A stretch of 64,000 bases of DNA from Octopus vulgaris (lineage: Eukaryota). A model generated the notes under the pieces. The model saw only the letters and a list, made by a program, of their open reading frames with translations. It made no database searches and was not told where the DNA came from. Every line of letters begins with the position of its first letter. The stretch's first letter is position 1. Positions 12,551-24,933 of the stretch are shown piece after piece. The stretch lies in assembly GCA_951406725.2 (NCBI GenBank), contig OX597816.1, forward strand, positions 151,342,001-151,406,000. Reading direction: 5' to 3'. Both the position numbers and the translations under genes were made by a program.

Positions 12551-14084
12551 AAATGGTATGGTTCATTTCCAATGAGAAAATATTACCTTGTTTGGAAACA
12601 TGTAAAGATTGACAACAGAAAGGCACCTGGCCATAGAAAATATGACCCTTACAAGCCTGGAAAATTGGGCATTAAAACAATGATGATGACTTTGGAAATC
12701 AGATAAGATTATGACTAAGCTAGGAGCCCTTAAAGGCCTTATAATGTTCATAGAACTTGTATAGTTTCAATTAATCCCAAATTACCATTTCATGCAGATT
12801 ATGAGACCATCGTGGTAAATGAAAATATATGACTACACAGCAGCGAGTATAACGAATAGCCTTTCTCAGAACTGTATTGGCCTTATAATTTCATTAAAGA
12901 CCATGTTAGCCAAACAAATAGATGATCTACTTAAGTCTCATTCAGATTCACAGATTAATAAAGCCATATCCTCTATCTATCAAAATTTTTATCATTGTTA
13001 TCCACAATAAACTATTTGTAATGTCAGTTTCAGCAATCATTGTACAAAGAAAGCTATGTCACAAAACATGAATTCTCTATAAGAATATATGAACCCAAAA
13101 TTGTTTTAGTTCAAGGCTAGGAATATATTCAGAAGTAAAATTATATTTGTTACCTGACTGAATGGATATGTTGTCAGCATTGTCATCACTAGAAAGAATG
13201 ATCAGTCACTTGGAAATTAATTGGGCAGTACACATGTTTTCAAAACAAGATTGAATCTTCCCAGATTAGAATAGAATGCAAGGAAAATTATTAAGCTAAA
13301 ACAGCTATCAGTTATGTACAAAACAATTCAAAAATAGAGATGTTCATTAAAAATTTTTTTTTTATTTTCATAGGCATGAAATTATCCAAAAAAATTTAAA
13401 GATGTAAATGAAGATACTATACTATCTAGCAATTGTAAGCGAATAAATAAAACCACAAACTTTTCTAAATTCTAGTTGGGACCTTTTTTCCAGAAAATGG
13501 TCTAAAACAAGTAGAGTGCACAAAAGGTTCATTTAAAATTTGAGTCCTACGAAGGAAAAGGATAACGTTAAAGCTGTTGTTATGAAAACAATTAAATGCT
13601 ACTTCCTATAAGTCGGTAATGGAAACTTTTGATTGGCTAAAATTACATTAACGATTTGTTACTTTTTTATTACTAATTTCTAGGAAACAAAAGGTGATTT
13701 TTGCAATTAGCATGCAAAACTGTATCAGTTACAGTTCTGGTGGTTATTTGTAAAAGTTCTTAGAAATTTTTCCCTGTGTTACGAAACCAAATTTTATCAT
13801 TTACTAACCAAAGATTGATGAGGTAAACAAAACATTCTCATGTGAAATGAGGTAGAACGGATTTGACTAAGGATCGTAGCTGGCTGACTCTGTATAAGAA
13901 AATGTCGGGTTCGTAATTTGAGAAGGAAAAAGTGGCAGGCAGTCAAGCGAATGATGATCAGTCTAGGAACTTGTTTGTTTTTCTTGTAATGTTTATAACG
14001 TCAAACATTTTGTTAGTATAGTTACAGTAGAAATACGAAACTTATATTATGAATAAACTCCTGTTCGTATATGCACTCACACAC

Positions 14085-15265
14085 ACGGTAGGGTTCTCAT
14101 GTACGAACAATTCTTTAAACAAACATCGAATAACGAACGATTTTTCCGAAGAAAATTAAACTCGCTTAACGAGCTAAAATTTGATTAACGAAGCACGAAC
14201 AGACTACGCACGCATATAAGAACGTTTACGAACGGTACGCTAAATGAATAAATTGTAGTGAATAACGAACGAATAGACTACGCACACATATAAGTAGCTG
14301 GGAAGGATATACGAACGGTTCGTTAACGTACGCAAATTTTCATATTTCATATAGAAAATATTATTTCTCATTTTTAGCTAAAAAAAATAAAACCATGGAT
14401 CGACAGAGGCGAATTAGAAAATCAATTACTATAGAAACTAAGAAAGAAATAATACATAAACATGAAAATGGAGCTAGTGTTAGCAACCTTAGTTTGGAGT
14501 ACAGAGTGGCAAAATCAACTATCTGCACCATACTGAAAAACAAATGTAAATTTAAAAATGTTCGGGTAGCTAAGGGAATAACCAAGCTTAGTAAATCGCG
14601 TAACAATTTTATTGAAGAGATGGAAAATTTACTTTTGGTATGGATTAAAGAAAAAGAAATTGCTCGTGAAAATATAAGTGAATCGATGATTTGTGTAAAA
14701 GCCAAACAATTATTTGATGATCTTGTAGCGAATTCTCCCAGTGGAAATGATACTGTGCTGGATTTTCTTGCTTCAAAGGGTTGGTTTACCAGATTCCGGA
14801 AAAGAAATGGATTACATAATGATGTTAAGTGTGATAAGTCTGCTAGTGCAGACCATAAAGTAGCTCGTGAGTACCACTTTTTAAACTTTATGGCTATGAG
14901 TGGCTTCGTTTCACAGCAAAATTTGAACTATGATGAAATGGGGCTTTTTTTTTTTTTTTTTTTTTTTTAATAAATTGCCGTTCAGAAGACCCTAGAGCAC
15001 TTAAAATCATAAGAACCGCCTTGGGGTTTGGGCGAACCACAAATCACCAGTCATCTTTTCACTGAGTAGTTGTCTGTGGTGTTTTGTCCTACTGTGCCTA
15101 AGTACCTTAGGGACAACAATCTTCTCTCGAAGTTCTTTTGGTAATGGATAATGACTCAACTAAACCGTCTTTAATGTACTGATTGCCGGAACAGTTTAGT
15201 TTGTAAAGTGCATTTCTTGCCTGTCATCACATCTTCTGTTCTCTAGGTCATGGACCAACAGGTCT
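14085..15265 (+). mobile_element. Tigger/pogo-family DNA transposon relic with intact CENP-B-type double-HTH ORF (14395-14970) and decayed DDE region
   Basis: RKSITIETKKEIIHKHENG...AKSTICTILKNK and EMENLLLVWI...FLASKGWFTRFRKRNGL. Downstream relics SEDPRALK, MDN and MDQQV are broken by frameshifts. Subterminal aacgaac repeats at 14100-14330. Confidence 0.8.
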
Positions 15266-15659
15266 ACATAGTCCGAGGTATATTTGTAAAAAATTTCATT
15301 AAAAAATAAATATTTTCTTGAAAGTTAAGACGAATTGAAGTGGACGCCGGTGAATTTTCCGAAATTCCCCACCTAAAACACTTTCCCCCAAAAGTTTTGT
15401 ATATTCGAAATCTACATGATATAACTCATATTCGTAGAAAATTTCATTAAAAAATATCCATTTTTCTGAAAGTTATGATCATCCAAAGTCGGGGGGTGGG
15501 GGCAGAAATCTGTAGTTATGCCAATTTATATATGATGTTTAATATTACATTAGCTTTAAATATTAAGTGACAGTTTACCAAATTCACAGTGAAACTTTAT
15601 AACACTGGAATCGTACGTAGAATTACAAGATGAATTAATATTCACTGATATTACTGCTC

Positions 15660-16040
15660 TGCATCTACAAATGAAATGCTTCAGTTCATCGTAGGAGTCA
15701 CTGGGTATTTTGGACCTAACAATATCCCTCATCCAGGTGACTTGACCTAGGTTGGTGAAGCATAAGCTTCTCCAAGTGGTGTTCTACTGGCCTCACCGAT
15801 CACCTCTTTTAATCCAGAAAGATTTAGATGCTTTCTCAGCAGCCTCTACGGTGTTTTTGATTGATCATTAGCTCGTTTTTATAATGCCCGGTATACAATT
15901 TGCGAACTCTCGACTGGCAAACACCTCGCTCTCCACCCATTTTGCGGCAGTCTTTTACAACTAGCTCCTGATATTTAGCTATCTCTCTTGCGCCTCCTGC
16001 CATCTTGTAGGTCACGGCAAACTCCAACAGAATTAGCTGC
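15660..16040 (-). mobile_element. 3' fragment of a restriction-like-endonuclease (RLE) non-LTR retrotransposon (Hero/NeSL-like)
   Basis: Across frameshifts the minus strand reads AKYQELV.KDCRK / NGWRARCLPVE / IKNTVEAAEKASKSFWIKRGD, the characteristic C-terminus of RLE-type elements. Confidence 0.6.
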
Positions 16041-16546
16041 TTTGTAATTATGAACATTAATATTCGTGCTAAAAAAAAGACTTGTGTAATTACGTCCCTT
16101 TAATGCCTCTCTGCTGAAATATTTCATTTGAGTGTTATAGTGACGGTCACAGTTGGCGGGACAAGAATTATATATGTTCAATGAAGTTTAAGTTTTTGTG
16201 TGTTTTTGAATGACTGATATTCCATGCTGTGATTGTCCTTTACCATAGTTTCTATTAATTTTAATACCAGTTCTCGGAAACTACCGAAAATTAGTCCCTT
16301 TTAAGGAGAGAGACAAAAAGAGAAGGATGATGTCTCTTGATTGTCTGTGATATCCCTTCATTTTTCACTATTAATATATTTGTTTATGCTACCCTTCTTT
16401 TTCACTATTGATATATTTATTTATGCTATCATTTGGTTAACTTATTAAACACTGAAGATTTTAATATCTGTTTAATCTCGAATATCGCCGCATCAATTAA
16501 CTTCCAAGTCACATCATTTTATTTCTTAGGAAATCTAGTTAAGATA

Positions 16547-17018
16547 ATGCCTAGGCTCAAAAAATACAAGACTGAAGCAGAGCGACGAGCGGTTACACGA
16601 CAGCGTGCAAGAATCAAAAGAGCTAATGAAACACCTTTAGAGAGAGATCAAAGATTAATGAATTTGTCTTTGAATGAATGGCATCGGCGAAGAAATGAGA
16701 CATTTGAAGAGAGAAAGGAGAGACTTAAAAGGCTGTCCTTAAATGCACGAAAGAGACGGGCTAAGGAAACGGCAGAAGAGAGAGCAAATCGGCTTCGAAA
16801 ACTATCTGAGAACGTAATGAAAAGACGTGCCGGAGAATCGAGTCAGAAAAGAAACAAAAATACAAACAAGTGTGCTTCAAAGCCAAATTGCCATAACACT
16901 CAAGTGGCTAAAAGGCAGCGGGGCCGAAAGCCGACTGCTAAAGGCATTAAGATCGCTCTGACCAACTGTTATGATGACCAAGAAAAATATTACCTGGAGC
17001 AGATGCATCAAGATCCTG
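16547..17018 (+). CDS. Paralogue 2 coding exon 1: STPR-like repeats
   Basis: tttcttag| acceptor at 16529, ATG at 16547, CCTG|gtatct donor. Repeats ETPLERDQRLMNLSLNEWHRRRN, ETFEERKERLKRLSLNARKRRAK, ETAEERANRLRKLSENVMKRRAG. Confidence 0.85.
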
Positions 17019-20000
17019 GTATCTGTCCCTATGATTTTTTTTATTCATTTGAGGGTTATAATAACTAGTGTATCTAATTTTCTTTTACTCTAACACCATT
17101 AATGTAATAACTACCATGTCTAATTTTTGCGGTTGTCTTTTTTCCTCTGACAAGAAATCAATGTTTATATTCTTTCTGCTTTGGATTTGTTTCTTTTTGT
17201 TGGATTTCTGTAATCTACTGACACGTTTTTAACTTTACATATCCCATGCCATTTTGACAACTATTCAAGCATGAAATTCGTTTCTTTTATATTTCTGTTT
17301 CATTAATGTGTGTGAGAGGTGTGTATGTATGTGTGTGTGTGTATACACACACCTCGACTTACGACCACAATAAATTTTAAAAATCGATTTTCGGACGTTG
17401 GGCAGCTGCGCGTACGATGACTGGCATCATCTAGCAACGCATGCCTCCCTCAGACCCAGGCATCCACTGCCTGCAACCGTCTCTCACTCAGTCGCTTTCA
17501 AGCATCAGTTGCGTGTGGATTTGTTACAATTGTATCTGAAATACCCCTAAAATGACTGGTAAAAGGAAAATGCTTTCATCTACAGATGCGCCAGCTAAGA
17601 AGTCAAGGAAGGCTATTGATTTAGACTGTAAAATGAAGATTATTCGGCAGTATGAAGACGGAAAGAAGGTGAATACAATAGCACATGACTTGAAGTTATC
17701 GCATTCCACGGTATCAACAATACTTAAAGACAAAGAAAGAATTCGTGAAGCTGTGAAAAGTTCTGCACCTATGAAGTCTACAATTTTAACTAAACAACGA
17801 CAAGGACCCATCCATGAAATGGAGAAATTGTTATTCATGTGGATGAAAGATTTAATACAGAAAAAAACACCCATCAGCCTTCTTACAGTGCAAACAAAGG
17901 CTAGAAGTTTGTTTCAGACTTTAAAATCACGCTCCGGATACGATTACGCACAAGATTTTCAGGCTAGTAAAGGGTGGTTTATGCGTTTTAAAAAAAGATT
18001 TGCTTTGCATAATGTACGTGTCGCAGGAAGTACAGATGAAGAAGGAGCCCAAAAATTCGTTGATAGATTTGACGAAGGTTATCTACCAGAACAAACATTC
18101 AACGTAGACGAAACAGACTTGCTATGGAAACGAATGCCTACTCGTACGTACATACACCAAGGAAAAAAGATGCAGAATTCAATGCTTTTAAGGATAGGTT
18201 AGCTTAGTTGCTTGGTGGTAATGCCGCGGGTTCTAAGCTGAAGCCTTTTCTAATTTGTCATTCGGAAAACCCTTTAATTTTTGTTTATAGTAAAATAGAG
18301 TACATATGTATTTTTCATATTATGAACAATAATTATGGATTAAATTTTTGTGTTTTATATTTTTATAACCCGTTTGAATGAAAATAGTGCTGAAAAATAT
18401 TATTAATCCGACATACAACCTGCTAGTCGGAACGAAATTCGGTCGTAAGTCGAGGTGTATATCATATTAATATATCAACTCCGAATGAAAAGTTGTCAAA
18501 ATACCATAGGAATCGTAGAAGTAACAATATGTTCATAAACTTTGCTCAATTTATGTTACATTCTAATATAAATATTGCTACTATGTTCTGATGTAATTTC
18601 ATCTTTGATTCGCGGCTGGTGCTATTTGTGTCAACATTCTCGGTATGCATTCTGTCCACTACTAACGAAGGCTTGACTCTCACAGTCTCATGTTGAATGT
18701 CATACTCCTCAGGGCATAAATAGCTATAACTCTACATTGGATTACGATTCATTGGCAACAGCTTCACTTGCTTTGGAAAATTCAATGAAATTTCCAATTG
18801 TTATGAATTATAATATCCTATCATTAATTCCTTTCAATAATAGTAAATAATAGATTGAAATATAGATATCTTAATTTGTATTGATTACAAAAATGAGGCA
18901 TAGTATCGAATGACGTTGATAGAAGGCTACTACCTTTACCTAATATAAAAACGTTGAACAGCCGTGATTAACGGATTAGACGGCGAGTAGAATGAAGTTT
19001 GAATAAAAGACCTCTTTGAACTGGTTCATGATACAAATATACATATAAATTCTTAATTTTGATAATGATAAAATGAACGTTGTTGGTTTGGGGAAATAGC
19101 AGTGAAGATGAGCTATATTAATTTTGAGCTTATAGATACAATATATTACACTTTAAAAACAAAATTTACACTAAAATGGGAAATGTGAAGTTTGTGAAAA
19201 TAGAGTAATATTTCAAAATACTTGTTTGTTGTTTTCAGTCAGAATAATGTTTATTTGGATGTAACTTGTAACTTTGATGTTTTGACAGGAAAATTTGAAG
19301 CTCCCATTGAAAAATCAGAACTTAATTCCATTCAGTCTTCTCAACATTCTGTTGAAACAAAAACATTACAAAAAGTCTCTGTTGAAAATAATGCAAATTT
19401 GAAGCAGCAAACCAAAGCAACAACTAGAGCACAGAGAAACCAATTGATCTCAGTCAACACATCTAATGAAGTGAATTCAAAATTATGCAAAACTAACAGG
19501 TGAGATAGAATTTTGTTAACATATGTTATCTGTTTGATTTGAGCAAATGTTCTTAGAGATGTATGCCCTTCCTACAACAAAACATCCAAATAGATGGTAG
19601 GAATGAAACTTTTCGTCAGTCAACCAATCTGAAACATATAGTTTTGTGTGCATTGTCTAGAGATTGTCAACAAACATTCTGTATTCAGAATGATGAATGC
19701 AGGCTCACCATTGATGCACAGGACAAGAAAGGCATGGAAGTGCTATTGTGAGGCTGTTGAATATGGAGAATATATGGGATAAAGAGGGGACTACCTCATC
19801 CTGACCCTGCAAAGGAACCAGAAAATCAAGTTGACATAGATGAAGGAAGGATATGAAGAGAGTGAATGTTGTGGGTCCATCAGGAACAGTTGCAGAGATG
19901 CTCAAAATATCTAGTGAGATACATGAAGGTATCATACCCCATGATAGGCATAGTAGTATCACTGTAAACTGCTGCAAAGGCAAAGGAGATGCCTGAGAGA

Positions 20001-23000
20001 GAAGCAGCTATAGCAGAATCGAACAACTTGATCAGTTTATGAAGGTCATGAAACAGCTATAGCACAATTGATCTATGACGGGGTAGATGTACATTAGATG
20101 CAATTTGGCTTTGTGCCCAAAAGAGGTAACATGGATGCAATCTTTCTTGTGAGGCAAGAGAAATACTTGGCTAAGAGTAAACCACTATACTTGGCATTCA
20201 TTGACTTGGTGAAGGCATTTGACATGGCACCATGTTCAGTAATTTGATGGTCTCCAAAGAAACGAAGTATAGCAAATGACTTGTGGGTGCTATACAAGTT
20301 ATGAACAAAGATTTAGTAAATAAAGTGAGGATTCAGTGATGAATCTGATGTGAAGGTAAGTAGCCATTACATTTAGTCCTTAGTCCTACAGATTGTCATG
20401 GAGGTGTTTTAAGACATGCTGCCCATGCATCTATATGCTGATCTAGTCCTCATATGTGAATCTATAGAAGTATTAGATGAAAAATTCAAGGTAAAGAAGC
20501 TAAATCTAAAATCAAGAGGCTTCAAGGTAAACTGAGCATAGACTAAAGTTTTAGCAAATAGGAAAGAAGATAGGACCCTAATGCCTTTAGGGAAATGACC
20601 TTGCTCAGTATGCTGTATCTAATATAAACTATTGACACACAAGAGATGTGGAATCACAGGCATGCTAACAGAAAGCAAACTTCACATGTGATTGATGCAC
20701 TGGAAGGGTATATGCTTGAATGTCTCACTAGAAATAGTTGATAGCTTTTGTTACTTTGGATGTGGTTAGCAAGGGAGGTGGTTGCACTCAAAAGTACAGT
20801 AGCCATAGTAAGAACAGGTTGGAAAAGTTCAGAGAGCTTCTATCATGGCTGGTAACAAAGATCTTTTCCCTTAGACCTAAAGATAGATTGTATAATGCTT
20901 TTATTAGAATTGTGGTGCTGCATAGTAGTGAGATATGGGCCTAAAATGCAGAGGACTTTAGAAGACTTAGAAAGAAATGAAGCTTGCATGCTCTGTTGGA
21001 TGTGCTGAATAACAAGGTACAATTGGTTTGAGAGAAAAAATTATTGCATAAGAGAAATCAGGTGTGTGCAAGAAAGAAGAATGTACCAGTATGTGATGCA
21101 TATGGCTGAGGACAGCCAGCATGGAAGGAGAATGTTAAACGATGATGACGAATGTGGATGGAGCTTGCAGAAGAGGGAGACCCAGGAAGACATAGAATGA
21201 AGTGGTAAAGGCTGATCTCAGGACTTTGAACCACACAGACAAAATAACAAGGAACTGGGATGACTGGCAATATGTGGTTCTCAAAAAGATTTACCCATAT
21301 CAGTGAAACTGAGATTCTGAAAGCACAACATGCCCAACTGTCTCCCCTCCATCACCATTTCTTCCTTAAGACATCCCCACCACTTACCATCATCTCTCTT
21401 AACTGAACTGTTCTTAGCAGAACTGGTATCTTCTATTAGCTTTTCCCTAATACCACTTATCCTTCTCACTACCTGGAACCATTTTGCTTATTATCTCCAT
21501 TTCTCACACACTTTAACCCCTCATCCTACAACAAAAGCCACCTCCCTCTCTACTCTGGTCCCTTTCAGTCAGAAGGGATCCTACTTTTACAAGTTGCATA
21601 GTAACTTCATTAGTGCTGATGCTATGAAAAAATGCACCAAATACACACAGTAAAGGGGCTGGTGTTAGGAAGGGCATCCTGCTATGCAAACTTTGCCATG
21701 TCTGACATTGGAACATGATGCAGTCTTCGGATATGTTGAATCCTGCAGGCCATCCAACCAATGCCATTGTAGAACATAGACATTAAATGATGATGATATT
21801 GATTCTGTGTTGTTTGAATTTATTTACATGTTCTAAAATACTTGATGTTACTATTGACTGTTTTATGTTTTTGTATTTGAAGTGAAATCTTACTTCATCC
21901 ACAATCAGCTGTACCCCCTGTTCAAGAGAAACGCATTTTAGTGGTTCCAAATCATCAAACAGCAGTGATGTCCAATCTATTTTCCATGTGGAAAGCAGGG
22001 CGTTTGTGTGACTCATACATCAGTAATGGTACTACAACTATAATGGTAAGTTATAATATTAAGTTTAATGTAATTATAACAATTGTAATATAATAGATAA
22101 ATATTAAATACATTTAAATTATATATATATTAAATTACATCCTATATTTAGTGAATAATTTAACTTGGTTCTGTGTTTTTTTCTTCCATGAAATTCAATG
22201 TTCTGAATGGCTTCCTTTTTTTTTTTTAGCCTAGTTTATCTTGATCTGACTCTAGTGTGGGAGGAGCTATTGCCATGACTTATGCAGGCTCTTCAAGACC
22301 AGAGAGCTTGATGTTGTTGACATTCCATTTAAACTGTTGTAGTTCAACACCTGCAAGAAAGATTGGGTTAAATATTCTAGAGGGCTGAATTTGTGAGGAA
22401 GAAAGGTGTGGATGTTGAGATGTCAAGAATAAGGATGGGTCCAGCCACTGCAGAGTTACCAAGGCCATTATAGTAGTGATAAAAAAGACAGAGGAGACAG
22501 CATGCATGTAGGCCAAACTGCTAGAGCAAATATTTGAGTGGCTCTTTGATGCCTGTGAGCATAACTGCACTCTCTTAGTTGTGGAAGCAATACTGCATTT
22601 TGATCCTCACTTGAATCTTGTAGTTTCAGCAGTTACTGGAGGCTGAAATACTTTCTAGCTCTGAAGAGAAGAGCCAGTCTAGAATAACAACATTGCTTTC
22701 ATCAAACTTCTTTAAAGCAAGAACCCCTGATGAGTAATGTAAGAGAGTAGGTCACCAATAAAAATGGCTCTGGAAGCCATACTGCTCTTCACCAAGGTGA
22801 GAGATAGATTCAAGTTGTTAGAGAGTATCATTGTTATTGGCTGTCTGCATTACTTTAGAGATACTTGAGGTGAGAACAATAAGACTAATTAGCTGGGTCA
22901 GAAGGGTTACCTTTCTTTGGACTTGGACACCCTGCGGTATACTTCTAAATGTCGTAAGGACTCTTTGTAGAAAGTGAGAGATTAAAGGGTTTGGTGAATT

Positions 23001-24933
23001 TGATGCTGCTAATGTTCTGCTTAAAATGTTGCAAGTTAATACCTACATGAGCTGATAGGGTGGATGTTCTGAAGGAGGGCTGGGTATGGTGCTTAGCAAT
23101 TAATGGGGCCTGAAGTATTTTCTGACCTTGAAAGAAAGGATAGTTTTTGAGATGTGGCCCTAGCTTTCACTAAGAGAGATTCTCAATAATAGAGAGACCT
23201 AACATGTGAAGTAACAGTGAGGGCTCTAGTTTAGTGTTACTCTTGTTCAAGTGGATTGTGATGCACTGATGCATCACAATGAGGTTTTTGCTGTTTAAGA
23301 AACAAGTTTTACATGATCCCACTAGAAGATGCATTTTTGAGATCTCTGTTGATAGAATTAGTGCAGGTTTGGCAGTTGGTGTTCAGGTTGTTTGTATATG
23401 AGGAAGGTTACAGAGGAAAGGGTTATATCATTTCTATAAAAAAATTGGGATCTATTCCATCTCAATCACAGATTTTTAAAATAATTTTTTTAAACAAAAC
23501 AGTTTGAAACTTCGAATACTGGTAGAATTTCTCACATAGAACATGGTTTACTCTGAACGTTTTTGACAAAATTTTGTATTTTAGAAGTTATTTTGTGTTA
23601 AAGTTGTCATATTTGGGTAATTTCAACCAACCATATGTATTCAGTTGAAGAAAGCTACTACTGTTTAAGATAGTAATTGAATGCTATCAATGCCCCACTT
23701 CAGTGCTTCTCTGAAATTTTCTTTAGTCAGAATTTAGTCAATGTATTAGGATAATTTTGTCATAAGATGTTAAGTGAGTGAACAGTACAAAGTTATAGAG
23801 TAAAGTTAATTATGCTGTGAAAAAAAATAGAATCACTGTAATTTTTGCTAGATTTATTTCAGATGTATTTTTTATGTTTTCAGGTCCATAAAATGGTTTT
23901 AGGAGCTGTGTGTCCAAAATTGCTGCCAATTCTCCATCATTCATCAAAAGGTTCATTCCCTAAAGTGACATTTCCAAGTTCAGTCAGTAAAGAGGGACTT
24001 TTAGCATTTGCAGAATACATGTACAGTGGTGTGTTAGATCTGAATGAAGAAATTCTAGTCCAACTAAAGACTATTGGTGAGAGATTAAGTATGAAAGATT
24101 TTGAACAACTTTGCTGTAATGAATTGAACAAAGCTAAGACAAAAGATATTTTATCAGCTGTGGTGGAACCTTTGTTGGCAGAACCTTGTTCTTTGTCAGG
24201 ATTATTTCCTTCCAGAACACATGGAGACACTAACGAAGTACAAAATTCTATGTTAATTAAGTTGTTTAGAAATAATTACTGCACTAGTAATAACATGCAG
24301 CGTGATGTTCTTGTTAGTACTGGATCTAGTACATCTTCTGATGTAAGGACTGAAGAAATTATGACTGCAAATCAGATCATTGACATCCAGAGAGAAGTGG
24401 AACCAGAGACAGCGTCTGCAACAGACCACAACTCTCTACAGTTAAAAATAGAACCTTATAGTCCTGGTGAAAACCAACATAGTTTTCAAGAAGAATTATG
24501 CATGGATATTGGTAACACTAGTTCCAATAATAATCATCATCAAACACCTGCTACCAGTGCCACTTCTGCAAATATCATCAATACAGACAATGACTTAACA
24601 GTTACTTATTCAGACAACCAGTATAAAAATGATCTAAATATGGTTTCCTGTGATAGCATCAATATATCTGATACCCCTCAATCTGAAGAGATTTGTTTAT
24701 CACAGCATACAGAAGATTGTGATAAAGATACTGATAATCAGAAAGAACTACGGTTAATTTCAATAACGTCTGTGGCAGGCAATATAAATGAAGACAATCT
24801 CAGCAATAATTCCGATTTGGTAGAGATCTCCAGTACAATGCCTACAAATACAACACAACTGCAAACATCAAATTCTAAACCATACCCTATTAGTTTATTT
24901 TCTGTGAATAACAGTGAATATACAGCTCTATGA
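16547..24933 (+). CDS. STPR-repeat/BTB-domain protein, paralogue 2 (spliced; exons 16547-17018, 19289-19499, 21883-22045, 23884-24933; 631 aa)
   Basis: 472+211+163+1050=1896 nt in frame, GT-AG introns, phases 1,2,0. Three full 23-aa repeats plus a broken fourth. BTB motif LFSMWKAGRLCDSYI...VHKMVLGAVCP...FAEYMYSG. Confidence 0.85.
17349..18458 (+). mobile_element. Internally deleted Tigger (TIGD1-like) element with TIRs in intron 1 of paralogue 2; ORF 17552-18202
   Basis: Perfect 18-bp inverted repeat acacctcgacttacgacc (17349-17366) / ggtcgtaagtcgaggtgt (18441-18458). The ORF has RKAIDLDCKMKIIRQYEDG...LSHSTVSTILKDKERI, EMEKLLFMWM, FQASKGWFMRFKKR and FNVDETDLLWKRMP. A frameshifted LLGGNAAG.KLKPFLI.HSENP follows, then a deletion. 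Confidence 0.9.
19289..19499 (+). CDS. Paralogue 2 coding exon 2: linker
   Basis: tttgacag| acceptor and AG|gtgaga donor. Clearly homologous to 33253-33478 (TTRAQRNQLISV...NSKLCKT). Confidence 0.82.
19686..21801 (+). mobile_element. Degenerate RTE-clade LINE in intron 2 of paralogue 2
   Basis: RT relics QFGFVPKRGNMDAIFLVRQ and YLAFIDLVKAFD, and a (TGA)n tail. Flanked by attctgtatt (19676-19685) and attctgtgtt (21802-21811), a likely TSD. The empty site is present in paralogue 3 at about 38430-38460. Confidence 0.85.
21883..22045 (+). CDS. Paralogue 2 coding exon 3: N-terminal half of BTB
   Basis: tttgaag| acceptor and ATG|gtaagt donor. Encodes ILVVPNHQTAVMSNLFSMWKAGRLCDSYISNG. Confidence 0.88.
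22240..23420 (-). mobile_element. Highly decayed non-LTR retrotransposon RT fragment
   Basis: The minus strand around 22770-22915 reads PSDP.N..LI.LTSSISKVM...QYGFQ, the pre-RT motif of APE-type LINEs. Confidence 0.5.
23884..24933 (+). CDS. Paralogue 2 coding exon 4: BTB core plus acidic tail
   Basis: ttttcag| acceptor. Starts VHKMVLGAVCPKL and ends at TGA. ORF track 23845..24933. Confidence 0.9.
   Translation, partial: VHKMVLGAVCPKLLPILHHSSKGSFPKVTFPSSVSKEGLLAFAEYMYSGVLDLNEEILVQLKTIGERLSMKDFEQLCCNELNKAKTKDILSAVVEPLLAEPCSLSGLFPSRTHGDTNEVQNSMLIKLFRNNYCTSNNMQRDVLVSTGSSTSSDVRTEEIMTANQIIDIQREVEPETASATDHNSLQLKIEPYSPGENQHSFQEELCMDIGNTSSNNNHHQTPATSATSANIINTDNDLTVTYSDNQYKNDLNMVSCDSINISDTPQSEEICLSQHTEDCDKDTDNQKELRLISITSVAGNINEDNLSNNSDLVEISSTMPTNTTQLQTSNSKPYPISLFSVNNSEYTAL

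Noticed and set aside
17461-17552. Fusion of paralogue 2 STPR exon to the intronic Tigger HTH ORF
   Set aside because: The candidate acceptors (17492, 17503, 17509) are out of phase and an in-frame TGA lies at 17537.
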